A stretch of DNA of 64,000 nt from Tubulanus polymorphus (Eukaryota > Animalia > Nemertea). The position numbers were made by a program, and so were the translations under genes. The notes below the pieces were generated by a model. That model did no database searches and was not told the DNA's origin. It worked only from the letters and a program-made list of their open reading frames with translations. The number at the start of each line of letters is the position of its first letter. Within the stretch, counting starts at the first letter, position 1. Shown here in pieces: positions 1-12,495 of this stretch. Location: assembly GCF_964204645.1 (NCBI RefSeq), contig NC_134025.1, positions 17,521,101 through 17,585,100 on the forward strand. Direction: 5' to 3'.

Positions 1-736
1 AATGACAAATACAGACATAAGAACACTAAAGTGGAATGAATTACCATAATATTATAATAATATACAACAACAAAATAATAATGGATGGATTAATTTTATT
101 TTAGAAAATAGTGAAGGTTTTACTAAAGCTGGAATACAGAGAACTTATTTGATATGTATTTTAGGTGCGCAAGTTGAAAAAAGGTCACCAATGGTTTGAA
201 ATGATAATACTTCATTTGATACACAAAAACAATTCAAAGTATTATTTGAAGATTCAATTCATAATGATAAAAAAGATCGATTCCAGAAAATATAGTCAGG
301 TACCAAAATTATTTAGATAAATCTCATGTAAGATTAAATTATTGTATAGGACCTAATTTATTAATTATTTCTGATGATTTAATATTAAAAATGGGAAATA
401 TAATTGGTTATGATAATTTAATTAAAACTGCAACAATAAATAATTCATTGGGATTAAATGATATAAATAAAAAGATTATTACTGCTCCAAAATTAATGGA
501 AGGTGACAAAATTAAAAAAAAAACATATTCAATCAACAGAAACTAAAACTAAGAATATTAAATTGGATAATGATTCTAAAATAAAAGATTACAATACATC
601 AGAAAATATAAAAACTGATATTATTCAACATGAAATAATTAAAAGTAATAATGATAATAAATCACACGAAAATACTAAATTAGCTATAACATGTATAGGA
701 ATTGTAATAGGAGGAATACTATATTTCAAATTTTAA
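1..736 (+). pseudogene. Polinton hypothetical protein, 3' part, with C-terminal transmembrane segment; disrupted
   Basis: Readable fragments GWINFILENSEGFTKAG..YLICILGAQV..IPENIVRYQ..LNYCIG..LKMGNIIGYDNLI, broken by stops and frameshifts. Ends in hydrophobic LAITCIGIVIGGILYFKF (ORF 503..736). Resembles an ORF recalled from invertebrate Polintons. Confidence 0.6.
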
Positions 737-751
737 TTTTTTATTATATAA

Positions 752-2424
752 ATGGAAGAAGATATTCCAATGGATACTTTTGGTGACGCCCCTGGTATAA
801 GTGATGAACCACAACCTGATTTTAATGAAACTAATATTGATAATGGTGATGAAACAGCATATAATAATGCTGAAGATGATTCTAGAGGGCCTATATTATA
901 TGATTATGATGAATTTAAAGATGATACTGAAACAAGTGAAAAATTAATAGATTATTTAAGAACCCGCGATGAGATAATAATTAAAACTAGACCAGAAAGA
1001 AAAGATTCAATTAATAGATTAGAAAGAACAGAAAACCCTGAATTGAAAAAAGAATTATTATACTTAAAACATAGTGTAACAAATACAGTTATTGAAGAAT
1101 TATTACCAAAAAATGTAACAAGATAACATTGAACCAGAAGATATTTCAGAACAAATCTTCACATTTCATGAATAATTTAGAATTTAAAAATGATGCATGG
1201 TATTATAATGTTGAATCAAATAACAAAACTGTATCAATTCAATTATCTTAAATGGGACAAGAAGATCTGTACCATCCTGAAATGCGAGCAGGATCTTCAA
1301 TTGAACATTCAAAAGGTGGTACAATATTTCTCAGAATTATATGGAATGCACTCGATAGAATAGATGAAGAAGAACCAAATGTTGGTATTGATATTAACAA
1401 ATATCCACCATTTAAAAATCCAAATTTAAATCCTACTTATGTTGATCCAGAAATGGAAGAGTATGGGGATCTATTAGATAAATTAAGATCTTCAACACCA
1501 GAAACATCGAGAAGAGATATTCAACAAATTGATAATGGTTCAAGTCAATTACAATTAGTAAAACATTTTGATAGCATGTTAGATACAGTTCATTCATTTG
1601 AATAGTATTTTTGATACACCCGGTACTGAAACTGGAAAAAATCGAATGCAATCTTTGTTAAAAAGGCATTACTTGATTTAAATGAAGAACAATTAAAAAT
1701 ATTTCCTGAACAAGCACGTAGAGAAATTAAAGGTATGCAAGAATCAGCTGGTTAAATTGCCAATATTAAGATGAGATTTTCTAAAATAACCATGTTAGAA
1801 AAAGAATTAAAACAATTAGAATTAAATAGAGATCTTCAATTAATCGAGGAAGCTGATTATGAAAGCAGAAAGTTAGCTTTAGATAAAGAAATTGATGATT
1901 TAAAATATAACAAAGAATTACAGCAAAAAGAATGAGATATATTATTGAAATCATATGATCTCAATCATATCAAAAAATTAAAAGTTATTTTTAAAGATTT
2001 GTTGATAAAACCAAATTCTGAAATATCATTGAAAGATAGAATAAAATTGTTATTTAAATTTGAAGGTATCACAATTCTTTCAATTCTAACAACAGTAACT
2101 ATGGTATTCACAACAATAGGTTTAGCTATATCAAATTCATTAAAATCTACACCAAATGCTAATAAACCGTGTAAACCTCCAAATAATAATAATTCTATAC
2201 AAGATAAAGTTAAAGATGGTTTAAAAAAATTAGCAAAATATCTATGGGAACTATCTAAAAAATCTGCTGCAGCTTTACCCGGAGTTATTGCATCAATTGT
2301 TGGTTTTGTTTTAAAATCTGCTGGGAATATTCTTAACTTTGCTGCTGAACATATTATTTTATTTTTAATTACAGTTGTAAGTGCAATTATTTTTGGGTTA
2401 GTGAATATGATAAAAAATAAGTAA
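752..2424 (+). pseudogene. Polinton acidic/coiled-coil protein with amphipathic-hydrophobic C-terminus (putative membrane-active virion protein); fragmented
   Basis: ORF pieces 752..1126, 1252..1605 and 1945..2424 separated by premature stops. The C-terminal SLKDRIKLLFKFEGITILSILT...KKSAAALPGVIASIVGFVL resembles the protein found directly upstream of the capsid gene in invertebrate Polintons. Confidence 0.65.
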
Positions 2425-2444
2425 TTAATTTCTTTCTTAAATAA

Positions 2445-3692
2445 ATGAGTGGAAGTTATATAAATCCTTCTAAGAATTCTAGAAAATCTAATGCTATTAA
2501 GGCAGAGAGATCTCATCATATAATTACTCGTAATCATTCTAATATTAATCCTGATGAAACTTTATATGTTAGAATTCCTCGATTAACACAAAATACTTTT
2601 TACGTTCCAAATAGTATTTATTTATCAGCTGATATAAATGTAACTGGTCATGATAATAATTATGTTGTTGATAATGTTGGAAGGTATTTGATTAAAAAAT
2701 TTATTGTAAAGATTGGAACAGAAACAGTTTTCTCATTAGATGATTATAATTTATTTATGCATTATAAAGATTTATGGTTAACAAAAGAAAATAGAAATAA
2801 TATGATATTTCAAGGCATCCAATCAGAAAACCATAATAAATTAAGTTCTGAAGCTAATAATGCAATAATAACTAATGCTAAAGATAATTCAATAAAAAAG
2901 ATTTATAGAAGCAAATATAAAATTCCATTAGACTTTGAATTGATAAATAATAATGCACCTTTATATAAATACGCAATTCAAGAAGATATTATATTCGAGA
3001 TAACATTTGCTCCAGTTAATGAAATTGTGCTATCTAGCGTTGTTAAAGATATGGGATATAAATTATCAAATATATGTTCCGAATATGATACAGTAACTGA
3101 TGAAAATATTGCTAACACAATTCAAACTCAATACAATCAAGGATTTTCATTATTATATGATTATATTGATAAATTTAAAACTGTAACTATTAGTGCAAAT
3201 GATGAAATAACCAATGAGAATATTAACTTCCCAAGAAGATCTATTAAAGGTATATTAATATTTTTTACCATTGCCACATATTCTAATGGTGCGATACAGG
3301 TTGATAATTATTATAACCCTGAAATAACAAAAGTAGAAATAACTATTGAAGGTATAGCAAATAAAATATTCTGTCAAGGAATGAGAATGATAGATCAGTG
3401 GCCAGAAATTAGAAAACATTTTATGAATGAAAAAGTAAAATCATCTGAAAATTGTAATATTAATCAAATTGATTATTATACCGGAAATAAATACGCATTA
3501 TGGTTAGATTTTAGAACAACAGAGGATAATTCATTACATGGTTCTGGGAAAACACTACAAAATACAAAAGATGGAATACAATTATTCATGAAAAAGGAAA
3601 AAGGAATTTTAAATTTCAAAATGCACATTTATATTATATCTGACGCGCAATTAAATATTGTAAATTCTCAATTGAATAGTGTTATGTATTAA
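2445..3692 (+). CDS. Major capsid protein (double jelly-roll, Polinton/adintovirus hexon-like)
   Basis: Intact 415-aa ORF, beta-rich. Motifs INP..LYVRIPRL, VDNVGRYLIKK, YKDLW, NPEITKVEITIEG, ALWLDFRT...LHGSG, ISDAQLNI are typical of invertebrate Polinton MCPs. Viral gene context. Confidence 0.85.
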   Translation: MSGSYINPSKNSRKSNAIKAERSHHIITRNHSNINPDETLYVRIPRLTQNTFYVPNSIYLSADINVTGHDNNYVVDNVGRYLIKKFIVKIGTETVFSLDDYNLFMHYKDLWLTKENRNNMIFQGIQSENHNKLSSEANNAIITNAKDNSIKKIYRSKYKIPLDFELINNNAPLYKYAIQEDIIFEITFAPVNEIVLSSVVKDMGYKLSNICSEYDTVTDENIANTIQTQYNQGFSLLYDYIDKFKTVTISANDEITNENINFPRRSIKGILIFFTIATYSNGAIQVDNYYNPEITKVEITIEGIANKIFCQGMRMIDQWPEIRKHFMNEKVKSSENCNINQIDYYTGNKYALWLDFRTTEDNSLHGSGKTLQNTKDGIQLFMKKEKGILNFKMHIYIISDAQLNIVNSQLNSVMY

Positions 3693-3724
3693 AATTTTAA
3701 TTTCAATAAAAAATTCTATAATAA

Positions 3725-5360
3725 ATGGAAGGAGGAATATATGAAATACAAAGTCCAAGTGAAATGATATCAGATATATATTATGTAATACCTTATGATG
3801 AATATAGTAAGTATTTTGGAGAATACTTTAATCAATTCAAATATAGAATAAGTAAAATAGATAAAAAATATTGAAACTAAAAAAGAATATAATATTGAAA
3901 CAAAAAAGGGGATAATATTGAAACAAAAATAGAAAATAATATTGATACTAAAATAGAAGATAATGTTATACCTTCTACATCGAATAATGATAAGATTGAA
4001 CCTGATATCAAAACCAAAAAGATAAATGAAAAATATTGTGACGTATGTAAGAAATATATATCATATAAAAATTGGGCATCACATAAGAAATCATAGAAAC
4101 ATGTAGAAAAAGAAAAGAATAATATAGCTGCAAAGCAGCGATAACGGGTTTTCTGGATGCATGTGATCGAAAGGAAAAATTAATTACCGGGTATTCGATG
4201 GAAAAAATAAAATGAGATGATTTGGATATTATCGGAGCAATCCTCTTTTTGGTTGAATGGTCTAACCCCAGTATAGTCCCCCGTGATTTAGAAATTCTCG
4301 GAGCCCTCCTTTATTTACTTACTAAATGACATCACAAACTGTTATTTCGCCGGTGCTTGTTGTCTAACAATTCAATTCTTTATTTACAGTAACCTAATAA
4401 GTAATTTTAAGTTTCAAATAGGATGGAAAGTACATTCAGACAATCTGTTGGTTCAGAGAGACCGTTATTACAGTATCAATTTATACATTTCGTTTCAAAG
4501 CTGTCAGTTGCCGAATCTGAATGAAGATGAATTTTATTTGACGAAATCGGCGGAAAATATATAATAATAATAATCAACAGAATTTCAAGAGGGTTTTCGA
4601 CGAAAGTCAGAAAACCCTAAATATATCTGATAATAATATCATAGATAATGTAAATACAATTGAAACTAATGATACCATAGATAATATAACAGATAATGTT
4701 GATACAATCGAAACTAATGATGATAATATAACAGATAATGAAACAATTGATGATTCTAAAAAACATTGTAATGTTTGTAATTTAGATATTTCTAAAAGTA
4801 ATATTTCTAAGCATAAAAAATCTCAGGCGCATATAGAAAATGAAAGGGAGTTAGAAGAACATGAAAAGAAATTAGAAGAAATAGAAAGAAATAAAACGTG
4901 TCAATATTGTAATAAGAAAATTGAACCTGTTGATGAAAATACTCATTATAAATCAAAATTACATCTAATTAATGTTTATAAAAATGTGAGTATGATACCA
5001 TTGTTAACTAACCCAAAGAAATATATCAAATATTTTGATCCTAAAACTAAACAATATTATATATTCTATAAGTTGTTATTTGATAAATTATTAGCTCATG
5101 CAGAAAATAATCCTAAACAAATATATAAATTATTATATTCGAGAAAAATAGATTTAAGTTATCTTATAAAAAATTTAGGGTATCATTTTGATTTCTATTT
5201 TGATGAATACTTTGAAAAATTAAGAGAAAAAGGTAAGATACATACTAATTATCATAATCTGATGGTTCAACTAAAATTAATAAATCTACCTCAGCATTAT
5301 TATGAATTAGATATAAACAAAGATGATTTTATAAACTTATTAGAAACAAAATTCGAATAA
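3725..5360 (+). pseudogene. Viral multi-zinc-finger protein (U1/matrin-like CxxC..H....H), interrupted by a HINE insertion
   Basis: ATG at 3725. Repeats CDVCKKYIS..WASHKKS*KH, CNVCNLDIS..ISKHKKSQAH and CQYCNKKI..THYKSKLH continue into ORF 4986..5360. Stops, a frameshift and insertion 4123-4620. Confidence 0.65.
4123..4620 (-). mobile_element. Non-autonomous Helentron-type element (HINE/DINE-1-like)
   Basis: Asymmetric subterminal inverted repeat GGGTTTTC/GAAAACCC, 3' stem-loop GCTGC-AAA-GCAGC, T-rich insertion site without TSD. Same ends at 9203/13420 and 51400/55122. Confidence 0.75.
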
Positions 5361-5375
5361 TTAATATATCTATGT

Positions 5376-5945
5376 ACTAGACGTACGAGTAAGAAAGTAA
5401 GAAAGTAAGAATCCAAGAAAGTAAGAAAGGTACGAGAGGTACGAGTACGAATCCAAGAATTCTTACTTTCTCACTCGTACTTAGATATATAAAATAGTTT
5501 TTATAAAAATTAAATTGTAAATTATTGATCTTAGTATAGAAAAAGTTATAATATAATCAATTTTCATTTTTATTAAGTGAAAACATATAATTTATTCATT
5601 TTTATAAAACTATTTATGATATCTATGTACTAGAAGTACGAGTAAGAATCCAAGAATCCAAGAATCTAAGAATTCTTACTTTCTTACTCGTACGCCTCGT
5701 ACATACATATATAAATTAGTCTTTTAAAATTAAAAATGTAAATTATTAATCTAAGTATAGAAATAGTTATAATATAATCTATTTTTATTTTACTTAAGTG
5801 AAAACATATAATTTATTCATTTTTATATTTTTAATTATAACAAAACTAATTCATATTCCCACGTACGAGAGGTACGAGTAAGAATCCAAGAATTCTTACT
5901 TTCTTGGCAAGAATCTTACTTTCTTACTCGTACCTCTCGTACGTA
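5376..5945. repeat. Three palindromic GTACGAG/AAGAA units with ~240-bp period, between convergent viral genes
   Basis: Unit 3 has 24-bp perfect arms ACGTACGAGAGGTACGAGTAAGAA...TTCTTACTCGTACCTCTCGTACGT. Each unit contains GAATTC. The AT-rich spacers are duplicated. Confidence 0.9.
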
Positions 5946-5958
5946 GATATATAAATAG

Positions 5959-7752
5959 TTATTCTATAAATTTATATTCATATGGATATTGAAGCCTCAG
6001 AAGTAATTTTATTTAATTTTAATTTTATTTAGAAGTAATTTTTTATTTATTCATATATTCATCATTTAATTCAGTAGGTATAATTTGATTTTCTTCCAGA
6101 GATTGTTGCATAGATTTTCTATCTTTATTGTAGAATAAAACTAAAAATCTAATGTTTTCTCTAAAATCTTTCACAATTGAATTATATTTTGATTTAAAAC
6201 CCATGTTGTTATTCCAAAATGTATCCCAGAGAAAGCTAAATAGCGTAACTCACTTTCTCTAATTTTTGAATCATGTAAATTTGCACAATCATCCACAATG
6301 AATAATGTATTTGAACCTTTATAAGTATCAATTGCTATTTTTATACAATTATCTAATTTTTCTTTTTGTTTAAGGATCTAATATAATAAACTTTTTTATC
6401 TTAACTATATCCCTATTATATGTTTTATTCATTTCATAAGCAGGGCAGAATAATATTATATTATCAAAATGATTTTTTGACGCCTTATAAAACGTTACCA
6501 TTATGAAACCTAAACAATGTTAACCATTCAGCGTCATTTACAAACGACAGCCGTAAATCGATGTGCAAAACGTCACAGGTCTATGTGTACACAAACAAGC
6601 AAAATATTATTGACATAGATGTAGAATGGCTTCCTGTGATTATATAATGACCTATATTTGAACGTCGAAATGTTATATTGCATTGAATATCATTAGAAGA
6701 CGTATTGTAATAGTAAAGGATGTATGATTATATCAGAAGCGGCAGGCATAAATAGAAATGATAAGTAAATCGGATTATTCGGTTAAATGGCGGATGTATA
6801 CACGATTTGGAAGTCTGATATAAAAGTCAGACCCTGACGTGGGCATGCCGGTGGAATGACGAAGCTATCTACGATGTGTGTAGGGCCGACGTGAATTTCA
6901 TCAGCGGCTACAAGCGGTCAATATGAAAATGTGTAAACATATAATTTCAATATTCAAACGTTTTAGAAAATATGTTTGATATTAGGAGTATGCAGGTTTC
7001 GTGAGATTAGCAATTTATAATAGCATAGCTGTCATATACGGCTCCGCGTCCTCTGATGGCATGTGTATTAGGTGACAATTCAATTCAATTCTTTATTGAT
7101 CCTTATTACATTGAAATTCCGGGATAAAATTCCCAAATTCAATAAATACAAATTTTAGAATAAATTAATACAACATACATGACACACGGGTAATTCATAC
7201 AGAACAACATAAGCATATTATTTTAAATGACAATGTCTACTTCAACCCACCCAGACTCAAGACTCTAGGATATCGAGTGACAGCCACTAAACCCGTGGCC
7301 CGGGCCGGCTGGCTAGGCCACACGATATGCTCGAAGTCATGATGAAGCAGACATCAGAAGAGCTCTTTCTTCGACCATGGAGGCTATGAAGTTGCAGACC
7401 AGCTTAGATGCATAAGTAAATGAAGTCGGTCGCAAGTTCGCGATCAATTATTGAGAATTTTCAATAAAAAATTTAAACTACTACTAGAGTCGAAGACCTG
7501 TATCATCTACCCAATCGCCAAATCTCATCATTCCCCAAATTTCTTAAAACTTCGATTTCAAATTTGCAATTCCACATTAGCTTAGCCCAGAAATTCTACA
7601 TTTTTTTCGCAGGCGTCAAATAATTTTCTAAAATTAATTTTCTTGTTATAAATAGTTTCTAATGAATCTAATATGAAATGCGTTTTACCACAGTTGGTTA
7701 CTCCAGTAACTAACATATTATGTGGTTCAAATATAAATAAATCTTTATTCAT
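5959..7752 (-). pseudogene. FtsK/A32-like DNA packaging ATPase, split by insertion 6476-7645
   Basis: MNKDLFIFEPHNMLVTGVTNCGKT (Walker A). Removing the insert restores TIYKNHFDNII. Walker B LFIVDDCA, then SGIHFGITTWVLNQKY. Missed by the ORF track; the ATG overlaps the end of the integrase ORF. Confidence 0.88.
6476..7645 (+). mobile_element. HINE/Helentron-type non-autonomous element inside the ATPase gene
   Basis: TTGACGCCT ... AGGCGTCAA subterminal inverted repeat, 3' hairpin TAATTTT-CT-AAAATTA then CTTGTT. Inserted in a T-run with no TSD. Confidence 0.75.
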
Positions 7753-8831
7753 TTATTCTTTTAATTTTACTAGATAAAATGCATTCATTAAATTTATCAT
7801 CATACCCTTTATATTTCACCAAAGAATATTTCTTACCGCGTAATGACTTTGTTTTCAATACTTTTTCTATTTTGTATTCTATATCATCCGGGTTTGGTAC
7901 AAGTGATAATTCTTGTTCATAGAAATAACCTAATATATCTTCATCTTTTAAATCTACCAATTTATAAACAAAAGGTTTAGTTAATATTATCTTTTTAATT
8001 TTAAATATTTCGTCAGTAAAATTTGGAGTATAACCTTTATAAAATGTTTTTCGATATTTAGATATTCTAACATGTTGTCCAATTTTAAATCTAGGTTCTC
8101 CGAAATCATGTGTAACAAACGCACTATATAAATTATTCCAAACTATTTCTGAATTATCTTCTTTTCTAGCTTGTATAGGTTTCATACCAATACTTGAATG
8201 TTTAGAATTATTATAACCTTTCACTAAATCATCTAATACATCGAAATATTTATATGTTTCATTTGCAGTAAAATATTTCCACATTCTAGTTTTCAATGTT
8301 TTATTAAATCTTTCTATAATAGATGATTTTTTATCTGAGTGTGTTGAAAAATATTCTACATCGTTATTAAGTAATAATTTTTTAAAATGTTTATTAAATA
8401 AATTCCTTACCTACATCAAATTGTATCTTACCTGGGATAGCTTCTTTAAATATTAACTTGAACGCATTTGTTACTTCTACACTTGTTTTATTTTTGATTG
8501 GAATTGACCATGCGTATCTACTGAATATATCTATAACATTCAGTATCCAGAAATATCCTTTATTGTATTCTTCTAAGTTTCTCATGTCAATTAAATCTAC
8601 TTGCCACTGTTGATCAATATATGAAACCATAACTTTTCTTGTTAAATAATTTCTATCCATTTTCTTATGGATTTGATATGTTGGTTGATTTTGTAACCAT
8701 AATCTTAGTTCACTATATTTTATATTTTCTTCATCAAATTTTATTTTATCCCATAATTCTGAAACACTAGAATATGATACTTCACTCTCTGGGTTATAAT
8801 ATAAATCTCTTAAATATTGTTCTTTATTCAT
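7745..8831 (-). pseudogene. Retroviral-like (rve) integrase with C-terminal chromodomain; one frameshift near 8400
   Basis: DDE motifs WQVDLIDM, IQFDVGKEF and IIERFNKTLK; YNNSKHSSIGMKP; chromodomain YKIEKVLK...LVKYKGYDDKFN. Confidence 0.93.
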
Positions 8832-8837
8832 CTTATT

Positions 8838-9200
8838 TTAATCCATTAATAATAATCTTGGTTTATTTTCAATGACTTTATCACTTGATTTATTTTCTGG
8901 TATAATAGGTTTATCATCGTCTTCATTATTGTTATTTAATTTAGATTTATAAATTACACCGGAGAATATAATAACTGTGATTAACCCAATTGTAATATAT
9001 AAGTAATTATCTCTTCCAGTATTAGAAGAATCAGATGGATTATCATTCGAATCAATATCAGATAATTTCTGTGATTCATTTATATCAGTTAATTTCTTTT
9101 TCTTAGCTTTTTTTTTTAATTCTGAAGATCTTTTACCTAATTCCCTAGCCCATTTAATTTGTTTTTCGGATCTAGGCTTCTTCTTAATATCATCACTCAT
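8838..9200 (-). CDS. Small viral protein with basic N-terminus and one transmembrane helix
   Basis: 120-aa ORF with AATAAATG start, RSEKQIKWARELG motif and hydrophobic YLYITIGLITVIIFSGVIY. Confidence 0.6.
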   Translation of the reverse strand: MSDDIKKKPRSEKQIKWARELGKRSSELKKKAKKKKLTDINESQKLSDIDSNDNPSDSSNTGRDNYLYITIGLITVIIFSGVIYKSKLNNNNEDDDKPIIPENKSSDKVIENKPRLLLMD

Positions 9201-10589
9201 TTATTAGGGTTTTCTGTTAGGGTTTTCTGTTATTTCACAGAAAACCCTATTGAGATCCGCGTGATTATTATTATTATTATTTTCTTCCACACTATTTTTA
9301 CCAAAAGAACATAGGCTTTGTTGCCTTACCGCTGTTCCATATACAATCCATATAATATCGTTCAGCTCACTGAGATCTACAAATAGCCCGCGTGTTTTTT
9401 CACGAATTATCGTTACAAAAGCGCTGTCGGGCCGTAAACATCGAAAATTTAGCCCCATTCAATGGGGCGACATGTTTTTCGAGTCGTCATCCCGAAATCA
9501 ACCCGCTGGCCGACTGTCACTTCGATTATCAATTCAAGTATAAATGAACTAATTTATTGCCGCAGACTTCACATTCAGTCGCGGTCTTCAAACAGTGATT
9601 TTAACAATAGCCCATTTTCCTCATCAAATCATATTACCGATACACTGGAAATTAACTACTTTAGATTTTAAAAGCACTGTCGAGCCGTAAACATCGACGA
9701 ATCGACGTGTGTTACTACATCGTCGTTCCGGGGATCAGCTGCGAGTTTCTCCTCATCATGAGAATCAAATCGAGTACAAATTAATTTATTACTACTAGTG
9801 ATTTGGCTGCGGGTTTCAAGGAGTTAGTATAACAATACCTATTTTTCTTTACCGAATTAACCGTGTATTTACTAAGATAAATCTTTAGTGTACCGGGGAA
9901 TCGTAGGCCTAAACTAAACACGCCGAAGAGATATAGCGGAGAAAAGCTGTTATGTCGACGAGGTATCAAAATAAAAGAATATATTACTTTATTCGGCCGC
10001 GGGCTTTAACCTCGATATCAATACCATCAATACTCTATATTTCCTACAGTACATACCGATCATTGTCAAATGCACAAGGTATTTACTAAATACAAGTATA
10101 TAACACACTCCTATCCGTATGCTGGACTCACACTTGGCATTCGGAGTAAGCGTTCGCTGTGGGGGAAAGGGATCGTTCACTGTGTCGCTTGAAGTGTTTA
10201 TCGAGTTTGACGCGGCTTTAGGCCTACCGGTACTGAGCTTTACTGTATCAAACAAACACAGTACAATTGTTGCGTTTATCAACGGACTCATTGGATTGAA
10301 CTTCAAAACAAAATTTACGATATTTAGGTGGGTTGTTAAATTCAATAGGCCTACGACCAATCTGTCCGGATGTTAGGCCTACACATATACATAGGCCTAC
10401 ATAGGCTAGTAGCCTCTACTAGGTTAAGCGTTCGCTGTGGGGGAAAGGAGATCGTTCGCTGTGTCGCTTGAAGTGTTTATCGAGTTTTACGCGACCTTAA
10501 GGCTTTAGTGTGGTGGCTGATAAGGGCTATGCGTAAAAAAAACACGTATATGCAAATGAGGGCGACATTATGACAAAACTAAAATAACG

Positions 10590-12085
10590 TGACAAAACAA
10601 TAATTTTGGTTTTGTCACCCGCGACAATTCATTATTTTGGTTTTATCGCCCGCGACAATTCATTAATTTGGTTTTGTCACCCGCGACAAATCAATATTTT
10701 GGTTTTATCGCCCGTGACAATTCATTATTTTGGTTTTATCGCCCGCGACAATTCATTATTTTGGTTTTATCGCCCGCGACAATTCATTATTTTGGTTTTA
10801 TCGCCCGCGACAATTTTTTTTGTCGCGGTTTTATCGCCCGTGACAATTCATTATTTTGGTTTATCGCCCGCGACAATTCATTATTTTGGTTTTATCACCC
10901 GCAACAATTCATTAGTTTGGTTTTGTCACCCGCGACAATTCAAGATTTTGGTTTTTCTGCCGCGACAATTCATTTTTTGGATTTGTCGCCCGCGACAATA
11001 CAATATTTTGGTTTTATCGCCAGCGACAATTCATTATTTTGGTTTTATCGCCCGCGACAATTCATTATTTTGGTTTTATCGCCCGCGACAATTCATTAAT
11101 TTGGTTTTGTCACCCGCGACAAAACAATAATTTTGGTTTTGTCGCCCGCGACAATTCATTATTTTGGTTTTATCGCCCGCGACAATTCATTATTTTGGTT
11201 TTATCGCCCGCGACGATTCATTAATTTGGTTTTGTCACCCGCGACAAAACAATAATTTTGGTTTTGTCGCCCGCGACAATTCATTATTTTGGTTTTATCG
11301 CCCGCGACAATTCATTATTTTGGTTTTATCGCCCGCGACAATTCATTAATTTGGTTTTGTCACCCGCGACAAATCAATATTTTGGTTTTGTCGCCCATGA
11401 CAATTCAATATTTTGGTTTTTATCGCCCGCGACAATTCATTATTTTGGTTTTATCGCCCGCGACAATTCATTAATTTGGTTTTATCGCCCGCGACAATTT
11501 TTTTTTTGTAGCGGTTTTATCGCCCGCGACAATTCATTAGTTTGGTTTTGTCACCCGCGACAATTCAAGAATTTGGTTTTTCTGCCGCGACAATTCATTT
11601 TTTGGATTTGTCGCCCGCGACAATATTTTGGTTTTATCGCCCGCGACAATTCATTATTTTGGTTGTCGCACGCGACAATAGCGACAATTCAAGATTTTTG
11701 TTTTATCGCCCGCGACAATTCATTTTTTGGATTTGTCGCCCACGACAATTCAATATTTTGGTTTTATCGCCCGCGACAATTCATTATTTTTGTTTTATCG
11801 CCCGCGACAATTCATTTTTTTGGTTTTATCGCCTGCGACAATTTATTATTTTGGTTTTATCGCCCGCGACAATTCATTAGTTTGGTTTTGTTGCCCGCGA
11901 CAATTGAATATTTTCGTTTTGTCGCCCACGACAATTCATTATTTTGGTTTTACCGCCCGCGACAATTCATTTCTTTGGTTTTGTCGCTCGCGACAATTCA
12001 ATATTTGGTTTTATCGCCAGCGACAATTGATTATTTTGGTTTTATCGCCCGCGACAATTAATTATTTTTGTTTTATCGCCCGCGG
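10590..12085. repeat. ~32-bp minisatellite (consensus TTTTGGTTTTATCGCCCGCGACAATTCATTAT), roughly 45 copies
   Basis: Direct reading; variant units recur in higher-order blocks; no unique spacers. Confidence 0.97.
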
Positions 12086-12449
12086 TCGCCCACATTATTA
12101 GCTTTTGAATAATTAGGCCAATTAATAACGTAATAAAGACTTATGCTTTCGCCTATTTTGAAGTCGATTAATCTGATATAGTACGGAAGCGATAAAGGGC
12201 CTCGAGTTGTCGCGTTCAAACTCGACAAGTCGCCATATTTATGTCGATATATCGCGTCAAGTCCACATGAATATGTCTACATATCGTGACGTTTTCACGA
12301 CAAATTTCGCTTATTTGCTCATTTTGCACGGGACAAGCCGTCATTTGAAGACATGTCTAAATGTAAGATGAGGACGCCAGTAATATGACGACTGAGTTTC
12401 AAGTCGTCATGAATATGTCGATTTGTCGCGAGGAAAATGGTTGAGAAAA

Positions 12450-12495
12450 CTGGGGCTCCGCAGTAACTTAAACTTAAGTTACTGCGGAGCCCCAG
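12450..12495. repeat. Perfect 46-bp palindrome (22-bp arms, 2-nt loop)
   Basis: CTGGGGCTCCGCAGTAACTTAA-AC-TTAAGTTACTGCGGAGCCCCAG. Confidence 0.95.

Noticed and set aside
1965-2537. 190-aa minus-strand ORF
   Set aside because: Antisense shadow of the conserved plus-strand viral ORF.
10590-12085. CRISPR-like array
   Set aside because: Units are contiguous ~32-bp repeats with no unique spacers, there are no cas genes, and the context is eukaryotic.
10606-12101. Overlapping 60-270-aa ORFs (VLSPATIHYFGFIARDN...)
   Set aside because: Translation artefacts of a stop-poor minisatellite, open in all three frames.
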